Origin: a virus | Lineage: Duplodnaviria; Heunggongvirae; Uroviricota; Caudoviricetes | Direction: 5' to 3' (one strand) | IMG/VR virus record: IMGVR_UViG_3300010885_065725 | DNA: 27,458 nt | In this document: piece by piece, positions 8,149 through 16,603 of the stretch | How positions within the stretch are numbered: the stretch's first letter is position 1 | How the letters are laid out: each line of letters opens with the position of its first letter | Position numbers and translations under genes: made by a program | The notes under the pieces: model-generated | The model's input: only the letters and a program-made list of their open reading frames with translations | The model's database searches: none | What the model was told of the DNA's origin: nothing

Positions 8149-9156
8149 ATGTCAATATGGATAGATAAAACATATATAAACAATATTTCATATTCTTTAT
8201 TAAATTTTAAATGGAAATCTTCTGTCCTTGGAAATTGTAGTTGTCCAATATGTGAAGAATCAAAAAATAAGGCACGAGGATATTTTTATATAATCGGAGA
8301 CAGATATCGATATATCTGTCATAATTGTTCTTTCTCTTCGACATTCTCCTATTTTTTGCAAGTATATAATCTGCCTTTGTACAAAGATTATATTGTAGAG
8401 ACATTCAAAGAAAGTAATCACAATAGAATAGAACCACCAAAAGCTTTCCCCAAGACACAAGACATGTCTGCTATGGTAGAAAGAAACAAATGCCCTATTT
8501 CTGCCCTTGTTTTAGTGTCCTCACTGGACAAAAATCATATTGCATACCGATACATGGAAAATAGGAAAATTCCTTTTGATGACGTATATTTTTGCGATAA
8601 TTACTTTAGATGGGCAAATACTGTTGCACCAGAAAAGAACTATAATGATTCTATTGTACAAGAAAGAATTGTATTTGTGTACAGAAACATACAGGGGAAA
8701 TTTTCTGGATATTCTGCGAGAGCATTGTCTGCAGAACATGTCCCCAAATATTATACATATAAGGAACAACCTGATGCAATATTTGGTATTAACAAAATAG
8801 ATTTTTCTAAGACGATATATGTAGTAGAGGGACAGATAGATTCTCTTTTTATTGATAATTGTGTTGCAGCAGGTTCTTCTGCGTTGCACAAGACAATCGG
8901 TATTCCAAAAGAGAATTGTGTATTAATTCCTGATGCAGATATCAGAAATAAAGAAATCATGAAATTAGTAAATAAATTTATTGTAGAAAAATTTGCAGTA
9001 TGTTTGTTGCCATCTAAAAATTTCCCATATAAAGATATAAATGAGGCAATTGTTGCTGGAATCAAAAAGGATGATATTATGGATATCATCAAATGTAATA
9101 CATATACTGGAATCAGTGCTATGTTAAATTTTAATAAGTGGAGGAAAGATGAGTAA
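8149..9156 (+). CDS. gp61: DNA primase
   Basis: Zn motif CPIC...CHNC, ARAL, TOPRIM VVEGQIDSLF, KDINE. Confidence 0.93.
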   Translation: MSIWIDKTYINNISYSLLNFKWKSSVLGNCSCPICEESKNKARGYFYIIGDRYRYICHNCSFSSTFSYFLQVYNLPLYKDYIVETFKESNHNRIEPPKAFPKTQDMSAMVERNKCPISALVLVSSLDKNHIAYRYMENRKIPFDDVYFCDNYFRWANTVAPEKNYNDSIVQERIVFVYRNIQGKFSGYSARALSAEHVPKYYTYKEQPDAIFGINKIDFSKTIYVVEGQIDSLFIDNCVAAGSSALHKTIGIPKENCVLIPDADIRNKEIMKLVNKFIVEKFAVCLLPSKNFPYKDINEAIVAGIKKDDIMDIIKCNTYTGISAMLNFNKWRKDE

Positions 9157-9337
9157 ATATAGAATTAGACATTCTGCAGAAGGTAGTTGTATTGTATATA
9201 TCCCAGAAAGAAAATATATGGGGATATTTTGGCTACCATGTGAAGATATAATATATTATGATTATGCATCGGCAGAGTTACACATCAATAGATTAAAGGT
9301 TCAGGATAAGATTAAAGACTCATTCACGTACCTATAA
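9149..9337 (+). CDS. Hypothetical protein
   Basis: 62 aa ORF with GGAGG SD, overlapping the primase stop. Confidence 0.65.
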   Translation: MSKYRIRHSAEGSCIVYIPERKYMGIFWLPCEDIIYYDYASAELHINRLKVQDKIKDSFTYL

Positions 9338-9340
9338 ATA
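9333..9340 (+). promoter_or_regulatory. T4-type late promoter upstream of thyX
   Basis: TATAAATA overlapping the previous stop codon. Confidence 0.45.
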
Positions 9341-9375
9341 GAACACCCCCATAACATTATTAGTGAAAATTTACA

Positions 9376-10221
9376 ATGAAAAATCAAATTGAAGTAAAAA
9401 TGATAGAAGATTCTTTATGTGGAAATGGCTATGGTCCTAGACTAATTACTTTACAATTGAAATATCACAGATATATTCATAGTGAATTCATGACACACAG
9501 AGTATTCAGCAGATCAGCAAGCAGTTCCAGAGCAGTTCCAATAAAGAAAATTATTAAACAAGTATGGGATGATCCTGCAATGCCAGTACATTGGGGTGCT
9601 AATATTTCTGGAATGCAAGCAAAAACTGAATTGACAGGATGGAAATTATTTCAAGCCAAGTTAATTTGGAAATTATCTTCTAAAGTTGCATGTGTTTTGG
9701 CTCTTGCATTATATAATATCGGATTGCATAAACAAATTGGTAATAGAATATTAGAACCGTTTTCTTTTATCAATGTTATTGTTACTGCAACAGAATTCGA
9801 TAATTTTTTTGAATTGAGAATTCATCCTGATGCACAACCAGAGATACATGAATTAGCAAAACTGATGAAAAGTTGTATTGACAATTCTGTTCCTAGAAAA
9901 ATTTCAAATTACAATTTCGGAAGAGAGCAGGATTACTGGCACTTGCCATACATATCAGAAACAGAAAGAAAAATCTATTCTCTTGAAGTTTTATTGAGAT
10001 GTTCTGTTGCAAGATGTGCAAGAGTGTCTTTTAATAATCACGATGGTACTTCCCCTTCTATAACCAAAGACATAGAATTACACGATATTTTGGTAGGTTC
10101 TGTTCCTTTGCATGCTTCACCTGCAGAACATCAGGCAACACCTGCCAGTTCTCTGCATTCGTTCCATAAAAACTTTAGAGGATGGAATCAATACAGGACA
10201 GAATTAGAAGAAAATTTTTAA
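9376..10221 (+). CDS. thyX: Flavin-dependent thymidylate synthase
   Basis: HSEFMTHRVFSRSASSSRA, LRIHPDAQPEI, HASPAEHQA. Confidence 0.92.
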   Translation: MKNQIEVKMIEDSLCGNGYGPRLITLQLKYHRYIHSEFMTHRVFSRSASSSRAVPIKKIIKQVWDDPAMPVHWGANISGMQAKTELTGWKLFQAKLIWKLSSKVACVLALALYNIGLHKQIGNRILEPFSFINVIVTATEFDNFFELRIHPDAQPEIHELAKLMKSCIDNSVPRKISNYNFGREQDYWHLPYISETERKIYSLEVLLRCSVARCARVSFNNHDGTSPSITKDIELHDILVGSVPLHASPAEHQATPASSLHSFHKNFRGWNQYRTELEENF

Positions 10222-10245
10222 AACACAAAAGAAAAGAGGAATACA

Positions 10246-11238
10246 ATGATCAGGATATTATCTCCGAAATCCGAATATATTACAGACTATCCTATTGCTA
10301 TTGAGTTTGCCAAACAGCAAGCAGAAATCATATGGTTTCCTGATGAGATAGAAGTTGAAAAAGACCTACACGACCTTAAAACAAACTGCACTAAAGCAGA
10401 ATACCATGGAGTTATATCTACACTAAAGCTGTTTACTCTTTATGAATTAAATGTTGGTAATGACTATTGGCAAAATTATGTATCTAAGGTGTTCCCACGA
10501 CCCGATATTCAGAGAATGGCAGCTACCTTTGCATTTATGGAAATTGGCGTACATGCACCCTTCTACAACAAGATTAATGAGGTTCTAGGACTGGATAATG
10601 AAGAATTTTATAATTCTTACAAAGAAGACGAAGTTCTTGCCAATAGAATAGCATGGCTTGGAAAAAGAACAGAAAAGAGGGATACTGTTTATAATATCTT
10701 AAAATCTGTTGGTATTTTTAGTATGATTGAAGGAGCTATTCTGTACAGCTCTTTTGCCTTTCTTAAACATTTTAATAGCGCAGGTAAGAATAGTTGTATT
10801 AATATTAATGCAGGGATTAATTTTTCTGCAATAGATGAGAACCTCCACTCTACTGCTGGAGCTTGGTTGTTTAGAACGCTGCTACAAGAAGCAAAAGATG
10901 ATGGTCAAGTCACATCTATTTTTCTTGAAGAATTAATTAGAGAACTAGAAGAGACTGCAAAAGTCATTCTCGAACATGAATCAATTATCATTGATAAGAT
11001 ATTCGAGAAAGGTTCAATTAAAGGGATTACAGCTAATCAGTTAATACATTTTGTTGGATCGAGATTAGATGTTTGTTTGGTTAATCTAGGATTTAAAGGT
11101 ATATTTAACCCTAAAAGAAATGTTATTGCAAAATGGTTTTATAAGGATGTAGAATCTACGGGAATCCTACATGATTTTTTTTCGAGCCAAGGAAGTTCTT
11201 ATACTAGATCTTGGAAAGAAAAATCATTTATTTGGTAA
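10246..11238 (+). CDS. nrdB: Ribonucleotide reductase class I beta subunit
   Basis: WFPDE, TLYE, EIGVHAPFY, IEGAILYSSF, DENLH. Confidence 0.95.
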   Translation: MIRILSPKSEYITDYPIAIEFAKQQAEIIWFPDEIEVEKDLHDLKTNCTKAEYHGVISTLKLFTLYELNVGNDYWQNYVSKVFPRPDIQRMAATFAFMEIGVHAPFYNKINEVLGLDNEEFYNSYKEDEVLANRIAWLGKRTEKRDTVYNILKSVGIFSMIEGAILYSSFAFLKHFNSAGKNSCININAGINFSAIDENLHSTAGAWLFRTLLQEAKDDGQVTSIFLEELIRELEETAKVILEHESIIIDKIFEKGSIKGITANQLIHFVGSRLDVCLVNLGFKGIFNPKRNVIAKWFYKDVESTGILHDFFSSQGSSYTRSWKEKSFIW

Positions 11239-11244
11239 ATACTA

Positions 11245-11892
11245 TTGATATACTTATATTTAAAAACTCATAAAAATACCGGACTAAAATATTTAGGGAT
11301 GACAATTAAAGATCCTTTTAAATATAGAGGTTCTGGAATATATTGGGTTAAACATATTAAAAAATATGGAAATAATGTTGATACTGAAATTTTGTCTATA
11401 TGTAATACTAATGCAGAAATAAAAGAATTAGGTTCATATTATTCAGAATTATGGGATATAGTTAATTCTCCACAATTTGCAAATTTAGTTCCCGAATCAG
11501 GAAATGATAGTAGCGGTATGCTTAATAAATTTCATAGCAAGGAAAGTAAAGAGAAAACAAGACAATCACTATTGGGACACAAGGTATCTGATGAAACTAA
11601 ATATAAAATTAGAACAACTAGAGAGAATAACCATATAGAACCATGGAACAAAGGTAAATATCAAGAATATACCATGTTTGATGAAGAGTATAAAAAAGAA
11701 TTATCTATAAAATATACTGGGGAAAATAATCCATTTTATGGAAAACAACATACAGATGATTTTAAAAATACACAAAGAGAAACCCAAAAACTACAAATAA
11801 AATGCCCATATTGTGATAAAATGGGGGCAATGAGAATTATGAAAAGGTGGCATTTTGATAATTGTAAACACAAAATTTTAGAGAATATATGA
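11245..11892 (+). CDS. Free-standing GIY-YIG homing endonuclease (Seg-like, NUMOD3-type tail)
   Basis: IYLYLKTHKNTGLKYLG, YRGSG, HSKESKEK, PWNKGK, GENNPFYGKQH, CPYC..KRWHFDNCK. Start codon uncertain. Confidence 0.88.
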   Translation: MIYLYLKTHKNTGLKYLGMTIKDPFKYRGSGIYWVKHIKKYGNNVDTEILSICNTNAEIKELGSYYSELWDIVNSPQFANLVPESGNDSSGMLNKFHSKESKEKTRQSLLGHKVSDETKYKIRTTRENNHIEPWNKGKYQEYTMFDEEYKKELSIKYTGENNPFYGKQHTDDFKNTQRETQKLQIKCPYCDKMGAMRIMKRWHFDNCKHKILENI

Positions 11893-11893
11893 T

Positions 11894-12481
11894 ATGTTGA
11901 ATGAATTAAATATTTACGAAGAACTTGGCGAAGAACGCAAAGCACTACAAGAACAAGGATTACTTCCTGAATGGGTGACTACTGCTGCATGGCAGATGCT
12001 CAAAGAAAATTATCTTTCTCCAAAGTATCCTGATTTAAAATGTGTATATACTAGAATAGCAAAACATGCTGCAAAATATATGGCAACAGATCCTGAAGTA
12101 TGGGAAGACAAATTTTTTGAAATCCTCTGGAAAGGGTTTCTTGCTGCATCTACTCCAGTGCTTTCTAATATGGGAACTGGAGTAGGATGTCCTGTAAGCT
12201 GCTTTGTTGCTGGAACAATGGTTAATACAAAAGAAGGTCAAAAGCCTATAGAGAAGCTAACTATAGGCGATATGGTATTGACACATACAAATTCTTATAA
12301 AGAAGTTATTGATATAATGAATAGAGTATCAGATGATCTTTATGAATTAGAATTTAATGGAGAAGTTTTTGTTGTAACAGGTAATCATTTAGTTCTAACG
12401 AAAGAGGGTGGGTGGGTTCCGGTGGATGAACTCGATCCAAAAGTCCACAATATTGTTCAAATTTTGGATGATCTTTTGTGA
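11894..12481 (+). CDS. nrdA: NrdA N-extein (102 aa, no ATP cone) fused to split-intein N-half
   Basis: LWKGFLAASTPVLSNMG, GCPVS|CFVAGT. Confidence 0.93.
   Translation: MLNELNIYEELGEERKALQEQGLLPEWVTTAAWQMLKENYLSPKYPDLKCVYTRIAKHAAKYMATDPEVWEDKFFEILWKGFLAASTPVLSNMGTGVGCPVSCFVAGTMVNTKEGQKPIEKLTIGDMVLTHTNSYKEVIDIMNRVSDDLYELEFNGEVFVVTGNHLVLTKEGGWVPVDELDPKVHNIVQILDDLL
12200..12478 (+). mobile_element. Split intein N-fragment in NrdA (93 aa)
   Basis: CFVAGTMV, IEKLTIGDMVLTH, block B VTGNHLVL. Confidence 0.93.
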
Positions 12482-13328
12482 TCATATAAAACCCCAATTG
12501 CGAGAATGTCATACCTTTAACTTTATTAGATATTATAGAAGTTCCTTTGGTGTGATGACTATTTATAACTGTGTTTTCTTTTTCAGAAAACCTACAAAGA
12601 GGTTTATGAACAGTAGAAAACACTCCAATTGGTGTTACGTATAATCGGAATGATTTTAATGATTTTCTAAAGTTTATATCTGCTTTTTTGATTTTATTTG
12701 ATAAAGAAATCTTTGAAGACACTTCTTTTGACAATGGTATTCCAGTTCTAGATTTATTTAATGCTATAAAACGTTCTGATGCTAATTTATCTGCATTGGT
12801 ATAAGCATCAGACGCTCTTATTTCTTTACATTGTTCTATGTTTTCGGGGTTTGAATAATATTCAAACTTTTGTTTTGAAAGTAAATCTTTAGTCGATTGT
12901 TTTACATTTGGAGTTCCATCTTCGAGATAACCTCTTGTAAATACTCCTTTTTTGTTAATTTTAACTTGATCTGATGCTAATTTTAATAACTTTAAAGAGT
13001 CTTTTTTATCAAAACTTCTTTGATGTATTATTCTAGAAACTGCTTCCCACATACCCCAAGTGTTATAACTTTTAGCTAAAAGATAATGGGATAAAATATG
13101 TTGTCGTCTAGTTAGTTTTATACTATTCCAAGGAAATATTTTAAGGTTGGTATATTCTGGAAAAAGATCTTTTGCTTTAGGACAAATGTGGTGATTTTCT
13201 TTATAATCACTTTTTGATAAGTTTTTATTAGCCAATGTGCATAATAAAATAAATTTATAATATCTATTAAGATAATGAGGATTATGTGGTTTACTTGAAA
13301 GTGTGATATAAATATAGTTGCTGGTCAT
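12354..13328 (-). CDS. HNH homing endonuclease (Mob-like), antisense within split nrdA
   Basis: ENHHICPK...NSIKLTRRQHILSHYLLAKSY HNH core; basic C-terminal region. Confidence 0.88.
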   Translation of the reverse strand: MTSNYIYITLSSKPHNPHYLNRYYKFILLCTLANKNLSKSDYKENHHICPKAKDLFPEYTNLKIFPWNSIKLTRRQHILSHYLLAKSYNTWGMWEAVSRIIHQRSFDKKDSLKLLKLASDQVKINKKGVFTRGYLEDGTPNVKQSTKDLLSKQKFEYYSNPENIEQCKEIRASDAYTNADKLASERFIALNKSRTGIPLSKEVSSKISLSNKIKKADINFRKSLKSFRLYVTPIGVFSTVHKPLCRFSEKENTVINSHHTKGTSIISNKVKGMTFSQLGFYMITKDHPKFEQYCGLLDRVHPPEPTHPLSLELNDYLLQQKLLH

Positions 13329-13361
13329 AATAGTCTCTTAGATTGTTTTAGAATGATTAGA

Positions 13362-13424
13362 GTTAGTGGGCTCCTACACCGCGACTAACGCCTTTTATAC
13401 ATATATGTACATAATGTATTTATA
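13362..13424 (-). promoter_or_regulatory. Late promoter plus GC-rich hairpin in HNH gene leader
   Basis: - strand TATAAATA (13424-13417), then GTTAGT-CGC-GGT-GTAGGA-GCC-C-ACTAAC (13389-13362). Confidence 0.6.
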
Positions 13425-13452
13425 TAAATTTGAATTTCAAGGATAAAATATA

Positions 13453-13560
13453 ATGAATTTTAAGGTCATAAAAATTAATAAAAAAGATACTGTATATGAC
13501 ATTACAGTAGATACGGATCATTCCTTTACAATTGGAGATTCGAAAGTAGTGGTACATAAT
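13453..13560 (+). mobile_element. Split intein C-fragment in NrdA (36 aa), Cys+1
   Basis: MNFKVIKINKKDTVYDITVDTDHSFTIGDSKVVVHN|C. Confidence 0.93.
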
Positions 13561-15456
13561 TGCAGCGGAAATTACGTTAAAGATTCTGTCTATGCATTTT
13601 ATGATTCTCAGAAGGAAGCTGCAGTACTTTCTAAGAATGGATTTGGCACTTCCGGATATTTGGGTTCTATTAGATCGCGTGGATCAAAGATTGCTGGAAT
13701 GAAAGGTTCTGCATCTGGTGTGCTTCCGGTATTTAAAGATTTTGTTCAAATGTCAAGAGATATTTCTCAAGGCTCTCAACGCAGAGGGGCATGGGCAGGA
13801 TATATAGAAATTGAACATAATGATTTCTTTGAGTTAATTAATTTTATTCATAAGAATCCGGACGATGCAAATATCGGTTGGAATATTTCTGATAAATTTA
13901 TTGCTAGACTAGATGCAGGAGATAAAGATGCCATTGATCGCTATCAGAAAGCTTTAAAATTAAAGATGATAACTGGCAAAGGATACTTCAATTTTATTGA
14001 TAGAGTCAATCGTCAGAACCCTAAGATGTATGTTGACAGAGGATTGACTGTTAAGGCAAGCAATCTTTGTTTCTCTGGTGATACAATGGTTGCTGTTGCT
14101 GATGGTAGAAATGCAGTCTCAATAGCACAATTGGCAGATGAATCTGACCACGGTACATATAAATTTCCTGTTTATTCTTCTAGATGGAATGATACTAAAA
14201 AAATATGGGTTAATGAAGTTAAAGAGGCAATAGCATTTAAAACTGGAGAACATCAAACAATAAAATTAACATTATCTGATGGCTCTACCTTTAAGTGTAC
14301 TCCTGATCATAGAATTGCAATGTCTGATGGTAATTATATTGAGGCATCTTTATCATTAGGAAAACATTTACAACCATTTTATACTATATCAGAGAAAAAA
14401 GAACTATATTCAGTACAAACATTAAGTGTAATTGCTATAGAGTATGGTGAAATAGAATCTGTGTATGATCTTACTGTTGAGGATAATCACAATTTTAACA
14501 TAATTACATCAACTCAAGATGATGCGTATCTTCAGTGTTCTGGTATATTAGTGCATAATTGTACAGAGATAGCATTATTTTCTGATGATGATCATACATT
14601 TTCTTGTGTATTATCTTCTATGAATGCCTCTAAGTATGATGAATGGAAAGATACAGATGCTGTTTTTGTTGCGACATGTTTTCTTGATTGCGTCAATCAG
14701 GATCTGATTGAAATTGGTAAGACTGTTGCAGGTATGGAAAAGGTAGTACGATTTGCCGAGAAAAGCCGAGCATTGGGTTTAGGTTTGCTTGGGTTTCATA
14801 CGTATCTACAAGAACATATGATTGCATTTGAATCTTTTGAAGCACATCTAAAGAATGTAGAGATATTCAAACATCTGGATGCAGAATCATTGAGGGCATC
14901 ACAATGGATGGCATATCAATATGGCGAACCTTTTTGGTGTAAAGGATATGGACTAAGAAATACCCATAGAATTGCAATTGCTCCAAATCTTTCTTCTGCA
15001 TTGATATGTGGATCTGTTTCTCAAGGTATTGAACCAATATATAAAAATGCATATGTACAAAATACTGCTGCAGGAAAGGTAGATAGAGTTAATCCTACTT
15101 TACTGAAAATTATGAAAGATCGAGACGTATATAGTGAAGAAACTATCACAGATATTATTAAGAATTCTGGATCAGTACAGCATGTATCTTGGCTATCGGA
15201 CGAAGAAAAACCAGTATTCAAGACTGCATTTGAGATTGATCAGATGGTAATTATTAAACTTGCTTCTGTTAGGCAGAGATATATAGATCAGGCACAGAGT
15301 ATTAATCTATTCTTTTCTGCAGATGAGTCAGAAGAATATATTTCTCAAGTACACAAATATGCATTTAAGGATCAATATATAAAAAGTTTATATTATATTA
15401 GATCTGAGACTGGAGTAAATGTTAATAAATCTGAGTGCACTAGCTGTCACGGATAA
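13453..15456 (+). CDS. nrdA: Split-intein C-half + NrdA middle extein + cis mini-intein + NrdA C-extein
   Basis: HN|CSG, GFGTS, QGSQRRGAWAGY, SNL|intein|CTEI, FSCVLSSMN, AIAPNLSS, SLYYIRS, terminal CTSCHG. AAGGA SD. Confidence 0.95.
   Translation: MNFKVIKINKKDTVYDITVDTDHSFTIGDSKVVVHNCSGNYVKDSVYAFYDSQKEAAVLSKNGFGTSGYLGSIRSRGSKIAGMKGSASGVLPVFKDFVQMSRDISQGSQRRGAWAGYIEIEHNDFFELINFIHKNPDDANIGWNISDKFIARLDAGDKDAIDRYQKALKLKMITGKGYFNFIDRVNRQNPKMYVDRGLTVKASNLCFSGDTMVAVADGRNAVSIAQLADESDHGTYKFPVYSSRWNDTKKIWVNEVKEAIAFKTGEHQTIKLTLSDGSTFKCTPDHRIAMSDGNYIEASLSLGKHLQPFYTISEKKELYSVQTLSVIAIEYGEIESVYDLTVEDNHNFNIITSTQDDAYLQCSGILVHNCTEIALFSDDDHTFSCVLSSMNASKYDEWKDTDAVFVATCFLDCVNQDLIEIGKTVAGMEKVVRFAEKSRALGLGLLGFHTYLQEHMIAFESFEAHLKNVEIFKHLDAESLRASQWMAYQYGEPFWCKGYGLRNTHRIAIAPNLSSALICGSVSQGIEPIYKNAYVQNTAAGKVDRVNPTLLKIMKDRDVYSEETITDIIKNSGSVQHVSWLSDEEKPVFKTAFEIDQMVIIKLASVRQRYIDQAQSINLFFSADESEEYISQVHKYAFKDQYIKSLYYIRSETGVNVNKSECTSCHG
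14068..14559 (+). mobile_element. Contiguous mini-intein (164 aa, no endonuclease domain) in NrdA
   Basis: CFSGDTMV, CTPDHRI, VYDLTVEDNHNF, ILVHN|C. Confidence 0.95.
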
Positions 15457-15464
15457 AATTCTTC

Positions 15465-15507
15465 TTGACAGATGACATACTTCTGCCATATAATATATAT
15501 GGCAGAA
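15465..15507 (+). promoter_or_regulatory. Sigma70 promoter with 12 bp inverted repeat centred on -10 (may double as nrdA terminator)
   Basis: TTGACA(15465)-18-TATAAT(15489); TTCTGCCATATA-ATA-TATATGGCAGAA. Confidence 0.7.
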
Positions 15508-15531
15508 TTTTAAATACATAAGGAATATATA

Positions 15532-15888
15532 ATGAGTTACGATATTGATTTACGTGATCCAGTCACAAAAGAAACAATATTTTTTGATGAATCACACCAA
15601 ATTAGAGGTGGTTCATATCCGATTGGTGGAACAAATAAGGCAGAATTTAATATCACTTATAATTATGCTCCAGTTTATTATAAATTAATGGGAGAAAAGG
15701 GCATTCGCACAATATATGGTATGTCCGGTGCAGAAAGTATTCCTGTGATAGAATCTACAATTTCACAATTAAAAAATGATATTTCTGATGATTATTGGGA
15801 ATCTACAGAAGGGAATGCAAAGAGGGCATTGTATGGTTTGCTTGCCTTTGCAAAAATGAGACCTGACGGAATATGGGATGGAGATTGA
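15532..15888 (+). CDS. Conserved phage hypothetical protein
   Basis: AAGGA SD; NITYNY..GAES..YW..TEGNAKRAL..PDGIWDGD. Confidence 0.8.
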   Translation: MSYDIDLRDPVTKETIFFDESHQIRGGSYPIGGTNKAEFNITYNYAPVYYKLMGEKGIRTIYGMSGAESIPVIESTISQLKNDISDDYWESTEGNAKRALYGLLAFAKMRPDGIWDGD

Positions 15889-16589
15889 TGGCAACGAAAC
15901 ATAAAAAAAGTATTGTTACTATTGTATATGGTGACGAATTGTCATATGACACAAATAAAACTTATTCTATGACAGAATTTATTTCTGCATTGAATTATTA
16001 TAATTACACTTGTAATCATGAAAATATAAAGAATTTTGTACTTGAATATGCAGATATTTATCGTACAGCAGAAGAATATGGTATTTTGGCAGATCTGAAT
16101 AAGACATCATTCAAGGCAACTACAGGAGCAATGTGTAGAATGCATAAATTGAATTTTCCTTTTTCTGAAAAACAATTGATACAGATAAAGGATCAAATAG
16201 ATCAATTATTGGAACTTGCAAAACTTAAGGCAGGTAAACCTGTTTCTACAACAACAATTTCTAAGAAAAAGGTAGATGTTCTTGATACTGTAATATTAGA
16301 TATTGATATTCATATCGATTATTGTGTGACTAAAAGTAAATTTACAAAATTTAAAGCAGAAGAATATATTACAAAACACAAAATAAATTATGTTGTTTCG
16401 CAACAGGTCGCAGAATATTATAGAGGCAGAATAGATACTATTGGTGATAAGGAAGGATATAATGGAAAAATGTATGAACAATATCTAAATTATTTGAATG
16501 AAATTGTCAATACATTTTCTACTTTCAAAAAGAAAAGAAAAGAACGCACAAAAAAAGTTGTTGTTGTTGCTGTTGATCCTTCTAAATAA
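15888..16589 (+). CDS. Hypothetical protein
   Basis: Long ORF; TGATG overlap favours start at 15888. Confidence 0.7.
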   Translation: MATKHKKSIVTIVYGDELSYDTNKTYSMTEFISALNYYNYTCNHENIKNFVLEYADIYRTAEEYGILADLNKTSFKATTGAMCRMHKLNFPFSEKQLIQIKDQIDQLLELAKLKAGKPVSTTTISKKKVDVLDTVILDIDIHIDYCVTKSKFTKFKAEEYITKHKINYVVSQQVAEYYRGRIDTIGDKEGYNGKMYEQYLNYLNEIVNTFSTFKKKRKERTKKVVVVAVDPSK

Positions 16590-16603
16590 AAGGAATATAT
16601 ATT

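Noticed and set aside
9347-9352. Sigma32 promoter (CCCCAT) upstream of thyX
   Set aside because: No CTTGAA-like -35 at the proper spacing; no complete sigma32 promoter was found by eye, including before hsp20.
12482-13452. Group I intron in nrdA
   Set aside because: The interval is almost filled by an antisense ORF, no P3-P7 core is visible, and both halves carry complete split-intein ends.
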